A stretch of DNA of 64,000 bases, from the NCBI GenBank assembly GCA_002070505.1, contig MWDJ01000014.1:4371-68370 (forward strand). The letters are read 5' to 3'. The notes under the pieces are model-generated. The model was not told the origin of the DNA. It searched no databases and worked only from the letters and a program-made list of their open reading frames with translations. The stretch is from Bacteroidetes bacterium ADurb.Bin145 (GTDB taxonomy: Bacteria; Bacteroidota; Bacteroidia; Bacteroidales; VadinHA17). The position numbers were made by a program, and so were the translations under genes. Of this stretch, positions 29,819 through 38,249 are shown piece after piece (position 1 is the stretch's first letter; every line of letters starts with the position of its first letter).

Positions 29819-30901
29819 TCAAGATTGACGTATAAATTTTTGCACTCTGGTGTTCATACCTACTTCGGAAGCATAGACATTACCATTTCGATCTACTGCT
29901 ATTCCATGTATCTCACCAAATTCTCCGGGCAGATCTCCCTGAGTGAATGTCCAGATAAGCAGCACTCTTCCCTGCGGATTAAACTTAACAATGAGGTTAT
30001 CATTAGAGCGGGGCAGGTTAGCATATTCAGCTTTTGTTCTCAGGGGTCCGTAACCGCATGCCCAGACATTATCCTCACTGTCGATCCACAGGTCAAACGG
30101 GACAATTATGTCAGGCCATTGATCGATAAACTTACCATTCTGATCAAAGATCTGAATCCTCGTATTACCACGGTCAGCTACATAAAGCAGCCCCTTTGAG
30201 TCAGAAACAATAGCATGAGGACATACGAACTCACCTGGTCCTTTACCTTCCTTGCCCCATGCTTTTATAAATTTACCCTGAGGGTCAAAATGCACTATCC
30301 GGAAATTAACTTCACCGTCAGCAACAAAAATATCACCAGATGGCACTACTAAGACATCATTTGGATCTCCAAAGTGAGTCTCATCAGTACCTCGCTCATT
30401 ATATTTACCCAGAACCATGAGCACTTTGCCCTCAGGAGAGCATTTGTACACAACACCAAGACGCCAGGTTACAACCCATACGTTACCTTCATGATCGACC
30501 TTGATCTGGTGGATCCCGGGATCAGGCATTGAAAATGTGAGGTCAACGGGTCCGTTTTCTACGGAAGTAACTACGGGACCCTGAGTTCCAAAAGCCTTGA
30601 TAAATTTACCATCAGGAGTATATTCATGTACAAGCGGCAGAGAACGGGTGATGAACCAGATATTACCTTGTGCGTCGATGTCGACACCGGGTATTCCGCC
30701 GCTCCAGACAATATCTTCAGGCTTTTGCGGCCACCAGGGATCGTCTGCAAAAAAAGTCACTGATCCCCAATTTTCAGGTTTCTTCTCACCCGGAGATCTC
30801 AGGTTACATCCTCCAAGAGCCGGGAGGATAGTTAATCCTAGTCCCGTGGCTGCTGTCCGGGACAAAAATTTCCGTCTGTTCAATTTACTAGATATTCCCA
30901 T
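29819..30901 (-). CDS. Tat-signal NHL-repeat six-bladed beta-propeller protein (peptidyl-alpha-hydroxyglycine lyase-like)
   Basis: Twin-arginine leader NRRKFLSRTAATGLGL. Repeated G..F..P..I.VD..GN.(Y/W)V.D NHL-type blades. Confidence 0.7.
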   Translation of the reverse strand: MGISSKLNRRKFLSRTAATGLGLTILPALGGCNLRSPGEKKPENWGSVTFFADDPWWPQKPEDIVWSGGIPGVDIDAQGNIWFITRSLPLVHEYTPDGKFIKAFGTQGPVVTSVENGPVDLTFSMPDPGIHQIKVDHEGNVWVVTWRLGVVYKCSPEGKVLMVLGKYNERGTDETHFGDPNDVLVVPSGDIFVADGEVNFRIVHFDPQGKFIKAWGKEGKGPGEFVCPHAIVSDSKGLLYVADRGNTRIQIFDQNGKFIDQWPDIIVPFDLWIDSEDNVWACGYGPLRTKAEYANLPRSNDNLIVKFNPQGRVLLIWTFTQGDLPGEFGEIHGIAVDRNGNVYASEVGMNTRVQKFIRQS

Positions 30902-31406
30902 TTTTTTGATTTAGTATTAAATAAGTATTCATCGTAATATTAATAGAAAGGCTAAACGATACTTTTAATTTATATAATGTCTATATATATATTATTGAAT
31001 ATCTCGATGTTCCTTCCGACAGACTTCTATCCAATTTCGATTTTGTAGTGGTTGAATGATAATTCATTTTCAGGATATGAAGATTTTTTCATTAAATATT
31101 ATTTCTAAGGTAATAAATATTGAGAGACCAACTCTTTCATAGGCGGGCATTTAACATTTATTAAGAATTTTTGATCAGCGACCCGTCTTATTGGATAACT
31201 GAGAACCTCAGGCTTTTGCTTTCCCGGTTTTTTCCAGGCTTATCCATAAGCTTATGATTTACAATTGAAATTATTATGCTGATCAGATTATATGAGTCTC
31301 TCCACCATGGTATTAAGCTTTTTCAACGTTTCGACGTTTCAACCCATCAGTTAACCACCTGTTTACCATGCAGACGGGGGGAGAGGTAGATTATTCGTTT
31401 CACTCA

Positions 31407-31645
<239 letters not shown>

Positions 31646-32191
31646 CTCTATCCTCCCTGGCTTCAGTAAAGGAGAACTTATATAAATGAACTACGGCAGT
31701 TTAGTCCCGATGCTTCGGGACTGGTTTAAGCCACTCACCCATCTCTCCCTCTATCCTCCCTGGCTTCAGTAAAGGAGAACTTATATAAATGAACTACGGC
31801 AGTTTAGTCCCGATGCTTCGGGACTGGTTTAAGCCACTCACCCATCTCTCCCTCTATCCTCCCTGGCTTCAGTAAAGGAGAACTTATATAAATGAACTAC
31901 GGCAGTTTAGTCCCGATGCTTCGGGACTGGTTTAAGCCACTCACCCATCTCTCCCTCTATCCTCCCTGGCTTCAGTAAAGGAGAACTTATATAAATGAAC
32001 TACGGCAGTTTAGTCCCGATGCTTCGGGACTGGTTTAAGCCACTCACCCATCTCTCCCTCTATCCTCCCTGGCTTCAGTAAAGAAGAACTTATATAAATG
32101 AACTACGGCAGTTTAGTCCCGATCCATCGGGAATGGTTTAAGCCACCCTCGCCCTCCGTAGCTTCAGCGCAGGAGGGTCACCCATCTCTCC
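31646..32191 (-). repeat. Tandem array of four identical 103-bp units plus one 134-bp variant, each with a rearranged 5' fragment of tRNA-Ser(GCU) and a leader hairpin
   Basis: ctcacccatctctcc recurs at 31631, 31734, 31837, 31940 and 32043, an exact 103-nt period. Unit boundaries are 31646/31749/31852/31955/32058/32191. Each unit holds tRNA nt 1-27 and 35-47, but nt 28-34 are replaced by the hairpin TCCCGAAGCATCGGGA, and the T arm and 3' acceptor strand are missing. Confidence 0.9.
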
Positions 32192-32210
32192 ATCACTTTC
32201 CTGAGCGCGA

Positions 32211-32241
32211 CAAAAATAGGAAAACGGATACTAAGTGCAAA
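32211..32241 (-). promoter_or_regulatory. Bacteroidetes-type sigma-A promoter (TTTG-N19-TAnnTTTG) in front of the array
   Basis: Minus strand reads TTTG (32241-32238), 19 nt, then TATTTTTG (32218-32211). The first tRNA-like fragment starts 19 nt downstream of the -7 element. Confidence 0.65.
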
Positions 32242-32253
32242 AAAAATGTGAAC

Positions 32254-34539
32254 TTATTTCACCCCCTTTAAAACATCAATCAATAGCCTGAAGTTCTCCT
32301 GTGATTCCTCGTCGAAGTTTGATAATTTCAGATTCCCCGATGTGACCTCCGTAAGAAATCTTGAGAAGAGGAAACCCCTCGCGATCTTCTTGTCCCTAAC
32401 ATATTCTGAATTAGCTACTGTGATCCCCTCACGGGTCTTAAGTATATGGTTCTTGAAATCGAGAGTCGATAAGAGATCCTCAGCATTGTAAAACGTCTCA
32501 GGCATCCTTATTATAAGGTCCCTCCCGCTGTTGTCAGTCCTGAAGATCGTATCCTTCAGCAAACCAGCCACCTGGTTCTCCTTGTCATTTTCAAAAAGAA
32601 GAACGGCGAACTCGAGTCCCCATCCCATAAGAACATTGCAGAGTAGCGGAATGGATGAGACATTTGTTGATGGTATCACACTGATCTTTGTGGTCGAACC
32701 CATCAGATGAATTATGGCGTTAAGCAGGTAATAGGATCCGGTATCGTTAACTATCAGGTTGAATTTCTTCGATGAGAAACCCTCACCGGCTACCGGGTTC
32801 CCCAGTATGCTCTGAAGAGGTGTCAGAGTATCGGGCGATGCAGCAGAAAGACGCAGAGGATCAAGGATCCTTGTCGTACTTCTCAGGCTGTCGAGATCAT
32901 CCCGCTGAACTGCAAGGATGCGGTGCAACTTATTTATTTCAACCAGATGGGGTGAGTGCGTTGTATAGATTACCTGTATCTTGTCCTTGATATCTTCAAA
33001 AACTTTAAGCACGTCTTCCTGAGCCCTTGCATGCAGACTAACTCCTGGTTCATCAATAAGAAGCACCATATTCCTGTTGTTGAGATTTGCTGCTGCCTTA
33101 AGCTCCATATAAAATGACAGGAACCATCTTACTCCCCTGCTCCTCTGCTTAGGATAAAGCCGTTCTCCCTCATCTTTTATCCAAAATTCCAGGTAAGGTT
33201 TTCCGGCCTTATCACCACAGGAAGCATTGTAATGATCAAGCTCAAATTGAATATGTATCTTGTTGTTCCTCCCTATCGACTGCTGCCAGAAATCCTGGAA
33301 ATTTGTAGTCAGGGTGTAATTAAGGTTCTCTATTTTTTGTTTCAATATACGGCTCGACGGCTGCTGGAAAAATGAATAATCGAGCGCTGCTATAGTAAGA
33401 AAATTACGGGCTGCTTTGTACCCTTCAACCTTATCATTCCCGGAAATGATATCATCCATATCGATGCGATTGGGCAGCAGGCTGCCAAAGTCTTCAAATA
33501 CTTCAAACACAGGGCAGTATTCAAAATACTTCTTCCCAAGTATCTCGCTGTTATACTGTGATTTATATGACTGAATTATTTCATTGACCTTGGCATTGGC
33601 ATCTCTTTCATTATAACCATCCATTATGTAGCCTGAAAGTGCTATATGCCTGTCAAGATCAGCTTTTGTAAGATCTCTGTCCCTTCTGGTGATCCTGTAA
33701 TCATTCAGGACATTCTTCCAGGCCAGGTCATCTTCATCATCCTGTCTCATTAGGAAGGTCATCTGCTGATGCCTTTCCTCAAGTTTTAAGGATAGTTCTC
33801 CAAGGTGGTTTTCAAGTGCTGTGCATTTATCAAGAAGAGTTTTCCAGGTTTCACCCGTTTTCTTCATCAGTTGTTTAGCCGAGAGCTCTTTGCTGAGCTT
33901 CTCCTTTTGCTTCAGGATCTCATTAAGCTCGACAATAAGAGCAGGATCTTCAGCAATCAAAGGAACTTCCTCAGCCGGGTTTTTCTTGAACAGCGATTTG
34001 ATCCCTTTTTTCTTCGGATCCAGGTTCGGTAATTTTGTCCTGATCTGAGCCTCTTTGAGATTTACATTCTCCAAAGCTTTTTCGAGACTCGAGATATTTT
34101 CCAGCTCCTCTTCCATTTTCACAGTTACATCCCCCAGATAGATCCGCCAGGCATCTTCAAGTGAATCAAGATACTGGCTGATAGCTCCACTCACCTTAAG
34201 AACAGATGAAAGATCCGGGAGCCAGCTCCTCGTAAGCTCTATATGAGAGGTTCCCGAAAGCAGCTCTTTTAATTCGGTTCCGGGATTATCAGTTATCTTA
34301 AGCAGCCATCCTTCCGGGACACTGAAGCGGCAGCTTACATCCGGAAGTGAGAGATCGCTCCGCAGCACATCTTCAGATATTGTCTCGGTATAAAATACCC
34401 TTAAGGCTTCCAGGATGGAAGTCTTGCCTGACTCATTCTGCCCTATAAGACAGGTTATGTTATCAGGAGACAGGGACTGCCATCCCGTATCGATTATCGA
34501 CCGGAAATTTCTTATCCTGAAAGCAGTGAGTTTCATCAT
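32254..34539 (-). CDS. ABC/OLD-like (AAA_15/21-type) ATPase with a coiled-coil insertion and a TOPRIM-like C-terminal domain
   Basis: FRIRNFRSI...LIGQNESGKTSILEAL (Walker A). A ~170-aa heptad-rich insert. RGVRWFLSFYMEL (signature-like). MVLLIDEPGVSLH (Walker B/D-loop). TTHSPHLV (H-loop). The last 171 aa start with NLIVNDTGS. Confidence 0.75.
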   Translation of the reverse strand: MMKLTAFRIRNFRSIIDTGWQSLSPDNITCLIGQNESGKTSILEALRVFYTETISEDVLRSDLSLPDVSCRFSVPEGWLLKITDNPGTELKELLSGTSHIELTRSWLPDLSSVLKVSGAISQYLDSLEDAWRIYLGDVTVKMEEELENISSLEKALENVNLKEAQIRTKLPNLDPKKKGIKSLFKKNPAEEVPLIAEDPALIVELNEILKQKEKLSKELSAKQLMKKTGETWKTLLDKCTALENHLGELSLKLEERHQQMTFLMRQDDEDDLAWKNVLNDYRITRRDRDLTKADLDRHIALSGYIMDGYNERDANAKVNEIIQSYKSQYNSEILGKKYFEYCPVFEVFEDFGSLLPNRIDMDDIISGNDKVEGYKAARNFLTIAALDYSFFQQPSSRILKQKIENLNYTLTTNFQDFWQQSIGRNNKIHIQFELDHYNASCGDKAGKPYLEFWIKDEGERLYPKQRSRGVRWFLSFYMELKAAANLNNRNMVLLIDEPGVSLHARAQEDVLKVFEDIKDKIQVIYTTHSPHLVEINKLHRILAVQRDDLDSLRSTTRILDPLRLSAASPDTLTPLQSILGNPVAGEGFSSKKFNLIVNDTGSYYLLNAIIHLMGSTTKISVIPSTNVSSIPLLCNVLMGWGLEFAVLLFENDKENQVAGLLKDTIFRTDNSGRDLIIRMPETFYNAEDLLSTLDFKNHILKTREGITVANSEYVRDKKIARGFLFSRFLTEVTSGNLKLSNFDEESQENFRLLIDVLKGVK

Positions 34540-34551
34540 ACCCGCATGCAG

Positions 34552-35367
34552 TTATATCTGAAAACCAAATATCAGGACATCGTCGATCTGCTGGCAGTTA
34601 CCCTTCCACTGGTAAAATGTCTCTTTGAGGAATGATTTCTGCCTTGACATTGATAATCCTGACATCGATTCTATTAGCTTTTTTAATTGTTTCTGTTTGA
34701 ATTTCTTGTCGGATATTTCGCCAAACTGGTCTGAAAACCCATCGGAATACAGATAAAATGTATCGCCAGGCATTATATCCAGGACCTGGTTTGTAAAAGG
34801 CTGTTCCCTGAGAGGAGCCACGCCGATTGTCATTTTATCAGGTTTGAACTCCGAAAGCACCCCCTGTCTCATCCTTATTAATGGCCTGTTAGCCCCCGAG
34901 AACTGCAGCTTCCCGTTTGCCGGATCGACTATACACAGACCAATGTCAATACTGTCTTTTGTTTCAGCTTTTTCACCTGTCTGGTGAAGCGCCTTCATGA
35001 CTTTCTCCCTCATGAGGTTAAGTATCCTGTTGGCTTTCGGATCGCTTTTAAGCTGCAGTATGTCATTAAGGAAGCTTATACCGAGAATGCTTAGAAGAGC
35101 TCCCGGAACACCATGCCCTGTGCAATCTCCGGCAGCAACGCATATGTACTGATTACGGCTGAAAACATAGTAAAAATCACCGCTTACAATATCCCTCGGC
35201 AGGAACAGAACAAAATAATCCTTGAACAAACCCTTCATAATTTCAGGTTCCGGAAGGAGGGCTTTCTGGATCATCCTGGCATACTGAAGACTTGCCAGAT
35301 GATCCTCAATCTTCTGATTCTGAACCAGATTGACAAGGTCAAGGTTATTATGATTCCTATACACCAT
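34552..35367 (-). CDS. Stand-alone PP2C-family (SpoIIE/RsbU-type) serine/threonine phosphatase
   Basis: ARMIQKALLP, VSGDFYYV, GDCTGHGVPGALLS, YLYSDGFSDQ and IDDVLIFGF, the metal-binding Asp motifs of SpoIIE-type PP2C. The ATG at 35367 is preferred over the TTG at 35370. The stop lies 12 nt before the ATPase start. Confidence 0.85.
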   Translation of the reverse strand: MVYRNHNNLDLVNLVQNQKIEDHLASLQYARMIQKALLPEPEIMKGLFKDYFVLFLPRDIVSGDFYYVFSRNQYICVAAGDCTGHGVPGALLSILGISFLNDILQLKSDPKANRILNLMREKVMKALHQTGEKAETKDSIDIGLCIVDPANGKLQFSGANRPLIRMRQGVLSEFKPDKMTIGVAPLREQPFTNQVLDIMPGDTFYLYSDGFSDQFGEISDKKFKQKQLKKLIESMSGLSMSRQKSFLKETFYQWKGNCQQIDDVLIFGFQI

Positions 35368-35438
35368 CAACTAAACAATGTGTGTAAAAGCTAAAGATAC
35401 ATTAATTTTGAAATAAAAAAATACCCCGATATTAACCA

Positions 35439-36863
35439 TCATAGCTGGGACCTGTTCATAAGTACTACATTTTCAACATGATGAGTATGTGGAAACATAT
35501 CCACAGGCTGCACTCTGCCAACATAATACCTGCCTGAAAGCAGCTGCAGATCACGCGCCTGTGTAGCAGGATTACAGCTGATATAAACTATCCTCGAAGG
35601 AAGTAATGACAGTATCTTTTCAACAACATCCTGATGCATGCCTGCCCTGGGAGGATCAGTAATTATTACATCCGGCCGGCCGTTCATTTCAACAAATCTC
35701 TCCGATAACACATCCTTTATATCACCTGAAAAGAAACTTGTATTTGTGATATTATTGATCCGTGAATTTTCAACAGCATCCCTGACTGCTTCTTCGATGT
35801 ACTCTATCCCGATCACCTTTCGTGACATGGATGCAACAAAATTCGCTATAGTTCCTGTACCTGTGTAGAGGTCATATACAATCTCATTCCCGGTCAGTTC
35901 TGCGAAATTCCTGGCTGTTCTGTACAGCTGAACAGCCTGTGCGGTATTCGTCTGGCTGAAAGATTTCGGTCCTATTCTGAACTTAAGTCCATCCATTGTT
36001 TCAGTCAGATAATCTTCTCCTTTATATAAGACAGGGGTCTGGTCAGCGAGGGAATCGTTTCTTTTATTGTTAATAATATAGAACAATGAAGTGATCTGCG
36101 GGAATTCTGAAGCAAGGAAATCAAGCAGATCTTCTCTCCTCTCCTTTTCATCGAGGAAGAAGACCACGATCACCATAAGCTGCCCGTCAAGTGTATTCCG
36201 TATTATAAGATTACGGAGAAAACCGCTTTGCTGCCTGAGATTGAAGAACTGAAGTCCTTTCCTGTGTGCGTATCGCCTTACGGCGTTCCTTATCGAATCG
36301 GATGGTTCAGGCTGCAAATGACATTCAAGAATATCCATCACCTTATCAAATTTTCCGGGTATGTGGAAACCGAGCGCATCATTGTTCCCGGTCTCATTTC
36401 CGGAATTCATCTCTTCATTTGTAAGCCACCGTTTTTCCGAAAAAGTGAATTCAAGCTTATTCCTGTAACCGAATATCCGGGAAGATCCTATGATCGGATC
36501 TATCGAAGGAAGTTCCAGTCTGCCTATTCTTTCAAGGCTGTCTTTTACCTGTTTCTCTTTGAACTGAAGCTGGAGATGATATGGAAGATGCTGCCATTTG
36601 CAGCCTCCGCACTCCCCGAAATGCCTGCACAAAGGTTTTACCCTGTCTTTCGAATATTCGTGAAACCTGACGACACTGCCTTCAAGATAATTCTTCCTTT
36701 TCTTCCTGACCCTCACATCTACGACATCACCAGGGATAAGCATCGGTATAAAAAGAACCTTATTATCCACCCTGGCCAGGGCATTGCCTTCTGCGCCAAT
36801 ATCTGTTATAGTTATCTTTTCAAGCAACTGCAAATCCTTCTTCCTGCTCACGTTCTGAATCAT
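35439..36863 (-). CDS. rlmD: 23S rRNA (uracil-C5)-methyltransferase RlmD/RumA family
   Basis: N-terminal TRAM-like domain, Fe-S Cys cluster CRHFGECGGCKWQH, SAM motif DLYTGTGTI, DPPRAG, and a catalytic Cys in YISCNP. Confidence 0.9.
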   Translation of the reverse strand: MIQNVSRKKDLQLLEKITITDIGAEGNALARVDNKVLFIPMLIPGDVVDVRVRKKRKNYLEGSVVRFHEYSKDRVKPLCRHFGECGGCKWQHLPYHLQLQFKEKQVKDSLERIGRLELPSIDPIIGSSRIFGYRNKLEFTFSEKRWLTNEEMNSGNETGNNDALGFHIPGKFDKVMDILECHLQPEPSDSIRNAVRRYAHRKGLQFFNLRQQSGFLRNLIIRNTLDGQLMVIVVFFLDEKERREDLLDFLASEFPQITSLFYIINNKRNDSLADQTPVLYKGEDYLTETMDGLKFRIGPKSFSQTNTAQAVQLYRTARNFAELTGNEIVYDLYTGTGTIANFVASMSRKVIGIEYIEEAVRDAVENSRINNITNTSFFSGDIKDVLSERFVEMNGRPDVIITDPPRAGMHQDVVEKILSLLPSRIVYISCNPATQARDLQLLSGRYYVGRVQPVDMFPHTHHVENVVLMNRSQL

Positions 36864-36889
36864 TAATTTTTAAGTGATCTGCCACCGAC

Positions 36890-38122
36890 CTAATTATCTC
36901 TTAGATCAAGCAGGAACAGAAGGCCATCCCTGATACACGGTACTATTGCACCACCATGGTCCAATCCGGGGTAAATGGTTTTTGTACATATATTAGGCGA
37001 TGTTCCTGCATCGATCATCCTTTCGTACATAAGCTCAGTTGCGGTTACGCTCACATCAGTATCCGCATCGCCATGACCAAGGAAAAGTGGCACTGAGGTA
37101 TTCCATGCAGTTATGCTGTTATTCGTCATAGCTTCGCGGACAGTTGAATAAGCGGGTGAAGAAGCATATCCTGAAAGAAACTCCGGAGTAAACAGGTCTG
37201 ATAGTGTTGTTGTTAACTGACCGTTTATTTCACCAAGGCTGAAAGTGCCATTATAGTAGTTGTGCAGATTTGAAGCATATGGTTCTTTCAGTAATTCCGG
37301 CAATGAATTTGTGAACTGATCGTAAAAGGAGTAAGCATTTATTATATACCCTATATAGGATGGCATCGGGTATTCTGACAGGCTCAGCATCTGAACAAAA
37401 AGATCATAGATATTGTAAGGTCCTGCACCACAGAAACTTCCTGCAAGATTGAATTCACCAGGATAATCAAGCTCAAGTGCCTTATGAGTCGCAAGAGTGG
37501 CCCATCCCCCCTGGGAATATCCGAACAAATAAAATTCATCTTTTATTTTTTTCCCTTCGAATTCAGAATGTGACGATGTCTCTTTAACAGCTCTGAGCAT
37601 ATCGACAACCGATTGAACCGTCGGTTCCTTGATGAGGTAAGGATGAGGTATCTGCGCAGACTCGCCAAAACCAGGATAATCAGGTATCACAATAATAAAA
37701 CCCATCGATGCAATAAGTTCAACAAGCTGATTGTTCAACTCAACAGGGTTTTCGCTTGGAGCAGTTGAATTATCTGTGATCGTCCCATGCTGGAAACTCA
37801 GAACGGGATAATCACCATCAGCATCAGGTGTGCACACAAGACCTGAAACTTTTATTTTCTCACCATCGACAGTTGTATTATAAATAACCTTATAGACATC
37901 AATTCCTGAATTAATGTAGGATTTTAACCCGTTCAGATCCGGGTAATAATTTTCAAGTCCACTGATGATGCCGTCAATAGCGCTTTTTGAAAAGGAGAAA
38001 GTATGATCTTTGGAAACGAAATATTCATATTCACCTTCATGATCTTTCTTACATGAATTAATTGTCAGACTTACAAGTATCGGAATGAATAACGCTGCGG
38101 TTAAATATCTTTTCTTTTTCAT
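36890..38122 (-). CDS. Alpha/beta hydrolase lipoprotein (lipase/esterase-like)
   Basis: The ATG at 38122 gives the lipoprotein signal MKKKRYLTAALFIPILVSLTINSC and avoids overlap with the divergent ABC-F gene. GYSQGG nucleophile elbow, with a later D and H (GLDHGG). Confidence 0.75.
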   Translation of the reverse strand: MKKKRYLTAALFIPILVSLTINSCKKDHEGEYEYFVSKDHTFSFSKSAIDGIISGLENYYPDLNGLKSYINSGIDVYKVIYNTTVDGEKIKVSGLVCTPDADGDYPVLSFQHGTITDNSTAPSENPVELNNQLVELIASMGFIIVIPDYPGFGESAQIPHPYLIKEPTVQSVVDMLRAVKETSSHSEFEGKKIKDEFYLFGYSQGGWATLATHKALELDYPGEFNLAGSFCGAGPYNIYDLFVQMLSLSEYPMPSYIGYIINAYSFYDQFTNSLPELLKEPYASNLHNYYNGTFSLGEINGQLTTTLSDLFTPEFLSGYASSPAYSTVREAMTNNSITAWNTSVPLFLGHGDADTDVSVTATELMYERMIDAGTSPNICTKTIYPGLDHGGAIVPCIRDGLLFLLDLRDN

Positions 38123-38249
38123 CTTATTTGAAACCTCAACAATAAACGATTCTTTATCAGATACCGGCAACAAAGATAAATCATAATGAGGAATCATCCC
38201 AAATCCCGCCTGAGATACTTTTTCTATCTTTGCACCAGTTTTAATAAAA

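Noticed and set aside
30902-31406. The ~500-bp AT-rich gap upstream of the NHL gene as a possible sRNA or missing gene.
   Set aside because: There is no ORF, no convincing hairpin/terminator pair and no repeat other than a weak cgtttc(a/g)ac motif echoing 20495-20530. It most simply holds the promoter region plus the degenerate inner end of the inverted repeat.
31686-32081. On the plus strand, each repeat unit encodes an identical 28-codon ORF (MNYGSLVPMLRDWFKPLTHLSLYPPWLQ) preceded by AAGGAG. This could be read as tandem small-peptide genes.
   Set aside because: - The AAGGAG is the 3' arm of the leader hairpin on the other strand.
- Bacteroidota rarely use Shine-Dalgarno sites.
- The fifth copy changes sequence and runs on to about 58 codons instead of conserving the peptide.
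- The ORF is antisense to tRNA sequence, and there is no plus-strand promoter.

I keep it only as a low-probability alternative. It could be tested by Ribo-seq or peptidomics.
31646-32191. Could the regular 103-bp array be a CRISPR array?
   Set aside because: The whole 103-bp unit repeats identically, so there are no unique spacers. The period is too long, the units are tRNA-derived, and no cas genes are in the window.
32254-34539. Assigning the ATPase to a named system (Gabija GajA, PARIS AriA-AriB fusion, Septu PtuA, AbiL).
   Set aside because: Only the generic ABC/OLD ATPase motifs are visible. None of the defining partners (UvrD-like helicase, HNH, canonical DUF4435/TOPRIM with Glu and DxD) is present, and the neighbour is a PP2C. 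A named assignment cannot be justified without profile searches.
36228-36866. 212-aa plus-strand ORF.
   Set aside because: It lies entirely antisense within rlmD, which has clear TRAM, Fe-S and SAM motifs. This is a shadow ORF.
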